64,000 nucleotides of DNA from a virus. The stretch is from positions 32,001 through 96,000 of IMG/VR virus record IMGVR_UViG_3300044692_000034. One strand, 5' to 3'. The notes below the pieces were generated by a model. The model saw only the letters and a program-made list of their open reading frames with translations. It was not told where the DNA came from and made no database searches. The translations under genes were made by a program, and so were the position numbers. Below are positions 44,095-52,129 of this stretch, piece after piece; within the stretch, counting starts at the first letter, position 1, and each line of letters opens with the position of its first letter.

Positions 44095-45171
44095 CTACGC
44101 CACCGCGACTTCGTGGATCAGCGCGCGCAGCTCTCGCTTCTCCCGCGAGTTCCGCAGCATGGAATCGGTGAAGCGCGTCTCGCGACTGCGGTTGCCCTTC
44201 AGGTGGTCGAGGAACTCCGTGCCGGCGAGATGCAGCCCGTAGCCTGTACCACGGTGCGCGTCCGGGATCGTCGGGGAGTTCTCCAGCAGGTTGCGAACGG
44301 CCGCGCGAGCCGTCTCGATGTTCTGCACCTTGGTGTCGCTGACGACGCTCGTGATCGCCTCGGGCGGCATCGGGATGAAGCGCTTCACGAACTCCTCGCG
44401 GCGCATCTTGTTGATCTTCAGCTTGGCCAGTTCGTTGGCCATCGTGACGTACACCGGCGTCTGCGTGCGCAGGCCCTTCAGCGCGTCGCGGGCCTCCTCG
44501 ATGCGCTCGGCGTAGTTCGCCGTGTGCCGGAACGTGAAGTTCGTGCCGAGGCGGTTGGCCTCGGCCTCGCTCGCGGCCTCGGTGTTGGCGCAGACGACGC
44601 GGACGGTGGTGGAGCGTGCCTTGAGGCTCGCTGTCCCGTCATGCGCCCACGTGACACAGATGAACGGAAGGATGGGGGAGTCGTCGCCCTTGATCTGGAT
44701 GGGCTCGTCGAGCCACGCGAGGACCCAGCAGAGCGCGCCCATCTTGAGGACGCCGGCGGACTCGTACTTGGCGTTGCCGGACGTGTCCGCGCCGAGGATC
44801 ATGTCCATGACGTCCCAGCCGACCGAGTTCTGGATCAGGGTGTACGACTCCTTGCCCTGGAACATGATCTGGTCGTGCGTCGGGTCGCCGGGCATGTCCT
44901 TGACCATCGTCTTCCAGCCGGGCGTCTCGCCCTTGCAGTAGAAGATGTCGCCGTCAGGCATGACGATGTACGGCTTGTCGAACCCGGGCCTGGCGAAGTC
45001 GTCGAGGTCGACGGGGTCGCCAATGCGAGCGGAGCGCTCCTCGACGATCGTGAAGTCATGGCCCGCCAACTTGATCGCTTCCTCTCGGCCGGGGAAGTCT
45101 TCCAGGACCGTTCCGAGTCCGTGCCACGCGGGCTCGTTCACAAAAAAACCGTCTTCGAAGTAGGCGGGCAT
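44095..45171 (-). CDS. DUF932/DUF945 phage/plasmid-related protein
   Basis: EPAWHGLG, YTLIQN, YESAGVL, AHDGTAS, TVRVVCANT, FRHT. Confidence 0.88.
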   Translation of the reverse strand: MPAYFEDGFFVNEPAWHGLGTVLEDFPGREEAIKLAGHDFTIVEERSARIGDPVDLDDFARPGFDKPYIVMPDGDIFYCKGETPGWKTMVKDMPGDPTHDQIMFQGKESYTLIQNSVGWDVMDMILGADTSGNAKYESAGVLKMGALCWVLAWLDEPIQIKGDDSPILPFICVTWAHDGTASLKARSTTVRVVCANTEAASEAEANRLGTNFTFRHTANYAERIEEARDALKGLRTQTPVYVTMANELAKLKINKMRREEFVKRFIPMPPEAITSVVSDTKVQNIETARAAVRNLLENSPTIPDAHRGTGYGLHLAGTEFLDHLKGNRSRETRFTDSMLRNSREKRELRALIHEVAVA

Positions 45172-45267
45172 GCTAGGCGCTCCTCGGGGTGTTGGCGGTG
45201 GGCTGCATTGAGGAGCAAAGCTACAGGTACGCACTGTTCCTCTCAACAGTTGCCGTCAACTTTGCAT

Positions 45268-45681
45268 CTACACCGCCAGTCCAAACTGCACATGTCCGCC
45301 GCGTAGCTTCTTTTCGGTATGCGGATACTCGAACTCGAACGTAAGCTGGTCGCCGTAGTCGACGTAGATCGGCTCACGCACGCGAGGCGTCACGGGGCTG
45401 CCGTCAAGCGGCTCATTGAAATGCGGACGGCGTACGCTCGCGACGCGTACCAACGGGACATGCACATCCCCGGAACCGTCCCACAACTTCGCGAACGCGC
45501 TCGACGCCGCCACGTGCTCGACATAGCCGCGCACACGCGCCCGGTCTGCCGGCGCATCCCGCACATCCACCGTGCCGGCGTGCGCGCCCTGCATGAGCAC
45601 AACGACCTCACGCTGAGACGCCCACGCGCCGCGCAGCTCCCACGCGATTACATCGGGTTGCCGTTCAGGGTGCAGACTCAC
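45268..45681 (-). CDS. hypothetical protein
   Basis: ORF track; QLTFEF motif. Confidence 0.5.
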   Translation of the reverse strand: MSLHPERQPDVIAWELRGAWASQREVVVLMQGAHAGTVDVRDAPADRARVRGYVEHVAASSAFAKLWDGSGDVHVPLVRVASVRRPHFNEPLDGSPVTPRVREPIYVDYGDQLTFEFEYPHTEKKLRGGHVQFGLAV

Positions 45682-45860
45682 TCGGCGTCTCCTGATGAGC
45701 CACGCCGAGGTAGAAGCCGCTCGTGCTCAGCTCGCCCAGCAAATCGCCGGCGGCGTGAGAGTCAGAGCGTAGGCCGTTGACGCGTCGCATCGCAGCCATG
45801 AGAGCCGACACCGCATCGAGAGCGTTGACGCGGTGCAGAGTGTTCGGCGGGCGGTCCACG

Positions 45861-46409
45861 TCACCCATCGTAAACCACCGGCACAACCGCCTTCGGTATG
45901 TACAGCGGGTGCTCAGGCTCGCCGCCCTTGCACAGCCTGAGCGCGTACAGCTCGCTACGCGCCGCGTCCCGTAGCAGGCGCGTTACGTGCTGAGCCCTGC
46001 CGTCGACAGGGCCTTTGTTGGCGCCCCACGCGCACACGATGCGGCCGGCGCGCGCAGCCTCTTGCGTGAGGTAGTTGTCGTTGAGTGGCCCTACCGGGTC
46101 CTCGGCCGCCGCCATGTCACGCGGCTTCGTCGCTCGGTACGCGTACAGGTTGCAGACGACCAAGCCGCCATACCCCCAGCGCTGCGCGTACCCGACGCAC
46201 TTACGCACCGTCGGGTCGAGCTTGTGTTCCGTCGCTGTGCTCGGGTTGAGCATGACGAACAAACAGATCTGGACGGTGTGGTCCCACACGCGCCAGAGCC
46301 GGTATCTGTGAACCGGCTCGGCAGTCCCGTTCTTGTGGTACGTGGCTCCCTCTCGACCAAGGATGTCGCCCCACGCTTCGATGACGGGAGACTCAGTTGC
46401 CTCGTTCAC
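45861..46409 (-). CDS. DUF1643 domain protein
   Basis: RYRLWRVWD, FVMLNPSTA, DPTVRKC, NLYAYRATKP, VCAWG, PEHPLY. Confidence 0.92.
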   Translation of the reverse strand: MNEATESPVIEAWGDILGREGATYHKNGTAEPVHRYRLWRVWDHTVQICLFVMLNPSTATEHKLDPTVRKCVGYAQRWGYGGLVVCNLYAYRATKPRDMAAAEDPVGPLNDNYLTQEAARAGRIVCAWGANKGPVDGRAQHVTRLLRDAARSELYALRLCKGGEPEHPLYIPKAVVPVVYDG

Positions 46410-46597
46410 CTTGCGACTCCTTTATGACGTCGTCGATGGCCTTGTCGACGGTGCGCCGCATCAGCTCCTTCATCTGTGGATCGTCCATGTACAGCCACGG
46501 GCTCAGGTCGTAGATGCTGCATCCCAGGGCCTCGGCGACCTCGCCGAGGTTCTTGCCCTCGGTGCTGTACATGTGCCGAGCACGCGCCATAGCTTCT

Positions 46598-47605
46598 TCA
46601 GAGAGCCGAAACGGGCGAGCCATCGCCGTATACCTCCGCCGCTCGCAGATGCTCTTCGACTTGCGCGATGTACCGCTGGACGTCAGCGGCCGGACCCCGC
46701 TCGGCCGGTGCGGTCGGCAGCGACCACACTTCCCACCAGTACATGTCGATTCCCTCGAACCATGCTTGCGCGACACCGACTCTGGCTTCGCTGCCCTTGC
46801 GCCAGCGGTACAGCGCCCTCTCTGAGAGCCCCAGCCGCTTGGCCAAGCTCTCTTCGCTGAGCACCGTCACGTGCGTGCCGTCTTCAGCGATGTCGACGTA
46901 AGCCGCGAGGTACGCCTCAATGGCAGCAAGCAACGCCCGTGAGTCGATTGTCTTGTAGTTGCGCTGTGTGCGCACCTGCGTCGACTTCGGAACTACCTGG
47001 TCGGGGTGGACCCCCTCGCGCTTCTCCTTCCGGAGTCGGTAGCCGATACGACCGACCTCCAGAGCTTGAGCGTGTCGGACGGGGTCCTGCTTACGGCGCT
47101 CGCGGTACGCCTTCTGCGACGCCCTGACCTTCTCTCTGTTCCGCGCGCGCCACCGCCTTGACGCGGCCGTGTCAAGCTCGCGCTTGCGTTGCCGTGCCTC
47201 CTCGGTCATGACACCTTTCCGGTACGTGACCCAGTTCTTGTCGCACGTCTTGCAGTAGTACCGCTCTTCGCCGTAGAACCCTTCGGCGAGAGGCTTGACG
47301 TCCTTGCAGCGTGCGCAGCGCCGCACAACGACGCCGTCTTCCTCCCAGGTGGCGCGGCGAGCTTGCGCCCGCTCCTCCCGCTCAGCTTCTTCTTTGTCGT
47401 GGCACGCCTGGCAGACAGCCGACCGCCGCCGCGACACACCACGGCCCTTCTTCCCGTCCCCCCACGGGAACGCGCGGCCCGGCTTCTTCTCAAGGCAGTG
47501 GAAGCAATGCCGCCACGTACACAGCGGCCCATCGAGCTTGCACTCCTCGCACTTCTGCTGCCGGCCGACGAGAGTGCCCCTACCGCACGGGCACGGCTTC
47601 ACCAC
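46598..47605 (-). CDS. multi-zinc-finger protein with C-terminal HTH (start uncertain)
   Basis: Several CxxC pairs; SEESLAKRLGLSERALYRW. Confidence 0.55.
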   Translation of the reverse strand: MVKPCPCGRGTLVGRQQKCEECKLDGPLCTWRHCFHCLEKKPGRAFPWGDGKKGRGVSRRRSAVCQACHDKEEAEREERAQARRATWEEDGVVVRRCARCKDVKPLAEGFYGEERYYCKTCDKNWVTYRKGVMTEEARQRKRELDTAASRRWRARNREKVRASQKAYRERRKQDPVRHAQALEVGRIGYRLRKEKREGVHPDQVVPKSTQVRTQRNYKTIDSRALLAAIEAYLAAYVDIAEDGTHVTVLSEESLAKRLGLSERALYRWRKGSEARVGVAQAWFEGIDMYWWEVWSLPTAPAERGPAADVQRYIAQVEEHLRAAEVYGDGSPVSAL

Positions 47606-47889
47606 CGTCTGCTTGCCCGTCCGGGTCTGTCCCGCAGAGCGGGCAAGCTCCGACGAAGGCACCGTCTGGTTCGACCCAGGATCCGCAGCCGGTGCAACGG
47701 CGAGCGCCGTGACCGACGAACCGCCAGCGTTCGTCGTCTCCGCGTCCGACTCGTCGGTAGAGATACCGCCCACGAGCAGCTTCAGCGTGGCACCACCCTC
47801 GCGAGTCGATCCACCTGAACGTCTCCGACCGCGCGGTCGCGGTTGAGCCGTCGAAAGGTCCTCCTTCGACGGCTCTGCGGGCCATGCGC

Positions 47890-48819
47890 TCACTTGACCG
47901 ACGCGAACAACGCCGCGACGCGCTCGATCTCGTCGTCGGTCGTCCGCGCCTCGACGGCCTGGATGGGCTTGCCGGCGCGGGCGCGCTCGAGGAGCTTTGC
48001 GCGCTGCTCATTGCGCGTGTCATGCAGGCCCTCGATGTAGCTCGCCGGGCGCACGAGACGTTCCATGGCGCGCCCCGCAGCCGCCATCTGCCCCTCGCTG
48101 AGCACGTCCAGGTCGAGCAGGCCCGCAGGCGGGAGCGCGCGTAGCGTCTCCTGCCACGCCAGCTCCAGCACGACGAGGTGAGCGTTATTCTCGTTGCCGC
48201 GAGCGACGACCACCCCAAGCGCCTGATTCGTACGCTTCGTCCATCTGACGACGGCAGCCTTGCCAGTGCGCTTGAGCCCGACGTACACCATGCAGACGAA
48301 CTTGTGCGACGACTGGTCGCGCGGGAGGACGTAGTGCGCGTCGCGAACCAGCTCGCGCGGCACGTGCGCGAGCGAGACGGTCGCCTCGATGTTCATGCCG
48401 TCGATCTTGGTGTTGATGTCGATGGCCTTGAGCTGTTCCGTAAGGTCGACCCACGACTCGGCGTGCCACACGCCCCACTCGATGCGCTCCTCGACGACAG
48501 TGGTCGCCGGCGCCGTAGCCAGCTCCACCGGCGGCGGCTGCTCCTCTTGCGCGAACGGGTCCACGTCCGCCTGAGCGGGAGCCGGTGCGGCTGCCGGCGC
48601 CGGTGCGCGCACGGGCTCGATGATCGGCCCTTCGTCGAACGGCGCGAAGAGGTCGAGGTTCAGCTCGGGCTGCTGCTCGACGGCAGGTGCCTCGGCGGGT
48701 TCGTTGACGACGACGCGCCTGACCTCGTGCTGCGCCTCCACGAGCTTGCCGGACGCCTTCATGAGCGAGACGTCCGCGCTCGCCCTGCCGACCTTCAGCG
48801 TTGTCCTTTGGTTTGCCAT
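47890..48819 (-). CDS. divergent Ku-like DNA end-binding protein
   Basis: TLKVGRASADVSLMKAS; YVLP...LKRTGKAAVVRWTKRTNQALGVV...LAWQETLR; LHDTRNEQRAKLLE follow the Ku core pattern. Confidence 0.7.
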   Translation of the reverse strand: MANQRTTLKVGRASADVSLMKASGKLVEAQHEVRRVVVNEPAEAPAVEQQPELNLDLFAPFDEGPIIEPVRAPAPAAAPAPAQADVDPFAQEEQPPPVELATAPATTVVEERIEWGVWHAESWVDLTEQLKAIDINTKIDGMNIEATVSLAHVPRELVRDAHYVLPRDQSSHKFVCMVYVGLKRTGKAAVVRWTKRTNQALGVVVARGNENNAHLVVLELAWQETLRALPPAGLLDLDVLSEGQMAAAGRAMERLVRPASYIEGLHDTRNEQRAKLLERARAGKPIQAVEARTTDDEIERVAALFASVK

Positions 48820-48849
48820 GTTTGTCCTAGCCCCCTGCGTGGACGCGGC

Positions 48850-49614
48850 CTACGCGCCGCGCGTGGTGGTGTGCTTGCCGAGACTGCGGCTCCGTCCCGG
48901 CTCCGCCTGCTCGTCTCCGTCGTCGATCCGGCCGCCGCGCGTCTCGTACATGGCAGCGCTCGCCGACGCGTATACGTCGCTGCCCTGCGATGCGAACGTT
49001 GCCGCGAGCCCGGAGCTGCGACGCATCGACGCCCGCACGCCGGTGTCCGTGGCGGCGTAGTTGAACGCCTCGCCTGCGTCGGCGAGACCCATCTCCCGTG
49101 CCGTCGCCTCGGCCGACTGGTTGGCGCCGATGTACAGGAACCGCCAGCCCTCCTTCTTGCGCTCCGCGATGGCCTCGGCGCACGTCTCCGCCGACGCCTC
49201 GCTCTTGTTGTTCTTGCCGTCGGTGACGATCACCATGAGCACGGAGTCGTCTTCGTCGACGACCTTGTCGATCTCCGCGCCGTACTCGATGATCGCGTCG
49301 AATAGCGGCGTCTTGCCGCGCGGTTTGAAGTCGTCTGACGTGATCTCGTTGACCTTGTCGGGCTTCTCGCCTTTGACCTTGATGCGCAGCACCTCGTGCG
49401 GCGGCTGCCAGTCGAACCACGCCATCCAGATGCGCGTGCCTTTGACACCCTTGAGCCCTGCCGTGAACTCATTGACGCCGACGATGGTTGCCTCCTTGAT
49501 CCTGCCCATCGAGCCGGACTCGTCGAGCAGCATCGCGACGATGCGCTTGCCCTTCGCCTTGGTGTCCTTCACGGCCTTTGCCGCATCGGCGGCCGACTTG
49601 TGGTCGTCTGACAT
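48850..49614 (-). CDS. vWA domain protein
   Basis: LLDESGSM, PRGKTPLFDAI, IVTDGKNN, WRFLYIGANQ. Confidence 0.9.
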   Translation of the reverse strand: MSDDHKSAADAAKAVKDTKAKGKRIVAMLLDESGSMGRIKEATIVGVNEFTAGLKGVKGTRIWMAWFDWQPPHEVLRIKVKGEKPDKVNEITSDDFKPRGKTPLFDAIIEYGAEIDKVVDEDDSVLMVIVTDGKNNKSEASAETCAEAIAERKKEGWRFLYIGANQSAEATAREMGLADAGEAFNYAATDTGVRASMRRSSGLAATFASQGSDVYASASAAMYETRGGRIDDGDEQAEPGRSRSLGKHTTTRGA

Positions 49615-49626
49615 ACGCGTCTCCTC

Positions 49627-50490
49627 CTAGTAGATGTTCAGCCTGCGACACGCCCGCAGGAACTCCATGCGCGCCACGGAGTACGGCATGCCGAACATGC
49701 ACCTGACTCCATCGGGCAGCACACAGTCTGGTGTGTCCCAGCCGGCTTCGGCGGGGCACAGGACCTTCCCTTCGCAGAACCGTGCACGTAGGTCAGCTCG
49801 CTTGACCTTCTCCCTCGTCTCGTTGCTCGGAAGCGGCACGCCAAGCGCCTCCAACACCACGGGCTGCATCAGCTCGTCGAGTTCGACGACGATGCCGGCG
49901 TCGATACAGCCCTGCGCCGCATCGGGGAAGTACGGCGCGTCGCGCTCCTCGCAGTAGGCCCGGATGGCGTCCATGGCTGCACGTTGCGCAAGCGTTTCGA
50001 GAGCGCGCTTGAGCGGCGAGCCGAGGTCGGTGATGTACGCCTCGTGGGCGTCATGGCAGAGCGCGTACTGACGCTCGGAGAGCGGCGCGTCGAGGTACAT
50101 GGAGTCGAAGATGTCGAGCACGAGCATGGAGTGCTCTGCGACGGAAAGCGGCCACAGCGTCTGGCCGAAGAACCGGTTGCAGTTGGCGAGGCCGGTCGCG
50201 ACATCGTCGAGGCAGATGCCCTCGGCGAGCGGGGCGAGGAAATCGATCGGCCCCTTCGTGAGCCCGTTGATCGATGTGCGGCTCGCGGGGTGGTTGCCGC
50301 CCGGATTGATCGTATGGTTCGGTTCGCTGTCGGCCGACAGGATGGCGCGGCGCTGCATCTCCTCGTCGACGCTCATGCTCTCCGGCTTCTCCTGCGCCTC
50401 TCGCACCCTCAGCTCGTCAGGGGTCGGGTCGCGGTGGCAGTGCGGACACCTGATGCCCAACGTCTCGTACATGCTCGGCGCAACGCTCAC
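49627..50490 (-). CDS. HD-domain 5'-deoxynucleotidase (YfbR/YfdR-like)
   Basis: LANCNRFFGQT, SVAEHS, ALCHDAHEAYITDL.SPLK, VKRAD. Confidence 0.85.
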   Translation of the reverse strand: MSVAPSMYETLGIRCPHCHRDPTPDELRVREAQEKPESMSVDEEMQRRAILSADSEPNHTINPGGNHPASRTSINGLTKGPIDFLAPLAEGICLDDVATGLANCNRFFGQTLWPLSVAEHSMLVLDIFDSMYLDAPLSERQYALCHDAHEAYITDLGSPLKRALETLAQRAAMDAIRAYCEERDAPYFPDAAQGCIDAGIVVELDELMQPVVLEALGVPLPSNETREKVKRADLRARFCEGKVLCPAEAGWDTPDCVLPDGVRCMFGMPYSVARMEFLRACRRLNIY

Positions 50491-50538
50491 CCTAACCCCA
50501 TTTCTTTCATGACTACGTAGTTGGCCAACTATAGCCGC

Positions 50539-51318
50539 CTAGCCGGCGGCAGGCGGCCAATCTCCAGGAGGCGCGAGGTCAGGCATAAACATGATCTCGC
50601 ATGCCATGACTCCTGGCTTGTACACGGCACTGAATGTCACCACTTCGAACCGGTCCCATCGGTCGTCGGGGATCCAGCCGCCGAGCGGGTCGACGAGCTG
50701 CACCGGCTTCTTTGGGTCGAACTTGGAGGCGTCCTTCTTGCGGCCCTGGTGGACCTCGACAACGTCTGTTTCGAGTAGTTCCGCGATGAACGTGTTTGCG
50801 ATCTTCCAGGTGTACCGCGAGGCGCCGACGTCACCGAGCGGACCTTGGTCCCAATCGATGTCAGCGTAGTTGACCTCGAAGTACCTGCCGCGCACGAGCG
50901 TGTCTCCGAGGAACTTGCAGAACGGGTACACGAGGTTGTCGCGGTCACGCCGCTGCCTGTTCTCGAACGTGAACTCGACGTGAACCATCATCCGCTCGCA
51001 GCCGCGCGGCAACGACGTCGCATGCAACGCCTCCGCAAACGCCGTCTGCCACATCTTCTTGCGCGGCTGCCACACCATCGGATCCTCGCCGTTGTCGTTC
51101 TCGAACGGCTCCGGAAACCCGTGGTGCTCGATCCAGTAGTACGCCCGCTTGCACACCCGGCACAACCCGTGCCCCCGCTTCGGCTTCTTCGCCGGCGGCA
51201 CGAACTCGTGGTGCCGCTCCAGCCTGATCGTGACCGGCTCGACCGTCGGATACTCCGGTGCGGGTTCTTCTGGTATGGGCAGCCCCATCTGTGTCATGAA
51301 ACGGAACGATACCGCCAC
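50539..51318 (-). CDS. RusA-like Holliday junction resolvase fold
   Basis: VEFTF..RQRRDRDNL....K.LGD.L...GWIPDD. Confidence 0.6.
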   Translation of the reverse strand: MAVSFRFMTQMGLPIPEEPAPEYPTVEPVTIRLERHHEFVPPAKKPKRGHGLCRVCKRAYYWIEHHGFPEPFENDNGEDPMVWQPRKKMWQTAFAEALHATSLPRGCERMMVHVEFTFENRQRRDRDNLVYPFCKFLGDTLVRGRYFEVNYADIDWDQGPLGDVGASRYTWKIANTFIAELLETDVVEVHQGRKKDASKFDPKKPVQLVDPLGGWIPDDRWDRFEVVTFSAVYKPGVMACEIMFMPDLAPPGDWPPAAG

Positions 51319-51958
51319 GCGTACGGCTCAAGCTTGTCCACCGCAACATGTGCTCCTTGCAGCAGAACGCCGACACTCGAGGGATACCTACCAGCGACTT
51401 GCCGCACAGCCGGCACACCTTGTGACTTCTCGCGGCCTGACGTCTGTACACCATGCTATGTGCACGAGAACAGAACCGTGAGTCGCGTCGCTTAGCAGCG
51501 AATCGTTCGTTGCAGTACAGGCAGCGTCGCCGGCGACAACAGATGCGGTCCCTGTGCGTCTTCGGCTGGAACTCTCGCTTGCACCAATCGCACAGCCGAG
51601 GCGGCGGCGGCGTCTTTGACCGGCGGCGACCCTTGTAAGCGCATGTCGGTGTGCAGAATCGACCATTCTTACGTCCCACGAACGGTGTGTCGCACGCTGC
51701 GCACACGTGCTGGTAACGCGGCTGACGGCGCAACGGCCTGCACTCGGGACACAGGACCTGGTCACGCCGGTTAGCGAGAAACGCGTCAGCACACTCCTCG
51801 CAGTACTTGAGCATCGCCGGCTCGGGCTCGATGCCCTTAGTCCACGTACCCACAGCAGACGGCGACACCCCCAACATCTCCGCGATCACGCGCACGCTCT
51901 CGCCGTTGGTCTTGAGCACACGAGCACGAGTCTTGACAACCTCGGAGTACAGCGTCAT
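50945..51958 (-). CDS. HTH plus tandem zinc-finger protein (3' end overlaps the next gene)
   Basis: GESVRVIAEMLGVSPSAVGTW then five C..C...F.......FC...C/H repeats. Confidence 0.6.
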   Translation of the reverse strand: MTLYSEVVKTRARVLKTNGESVRVIAEMLGVSPSAVGTWTKGIEPEPAMLKYCEECADAFLANRRDQVLCPECRPLRRQPRYQHVCAACDTPFVGRKNGRFCTPTCAYKGRRRSKTPPPPRLCDWCKREFQPKTHRDRICCRRRRCLYCNERFAAKRRDSRFCSRAHSMVYRRQAARSHKVCRLCGKSLVGIPRVSAFCCKEHMLRWTSLSRTRGGIVPFHDTDGAAHTRRTRTGVSDGRAGHDQAGAAPRVRAAGEEAEAGARVVPGVQAGVLLDRAPRVSGAVRERQRRGSDGVAAAQEDVADGVCGGVACDVVAARLRADDGSRRVHVREQAAA

Positions 51959-52129
51959 ACAGCTACTCCGCGCCTCTTGACCTCTGCAACAACGAGAGCA
52001 AGAGTCCAGTACCCACCAAAGTGTTCGTAAGCGTCACCCGCTCGCGCCCACTCCTCTCTCAGCTCCTCGTCGCTCATCTCGACGAGGAGCTGTCGGTACT
52101 CGGACTCTCGGCTCTCAGCGCTCACGTGC

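Noticed and set aside
49627-50490. DatZ and a Z-genome (2-aminoadenine) pathway
   Set aside because: An HD nucleotidase is present, but no PurZ or MazZ is seen in the window; a YfbR/YfdR-like role is sufficient.
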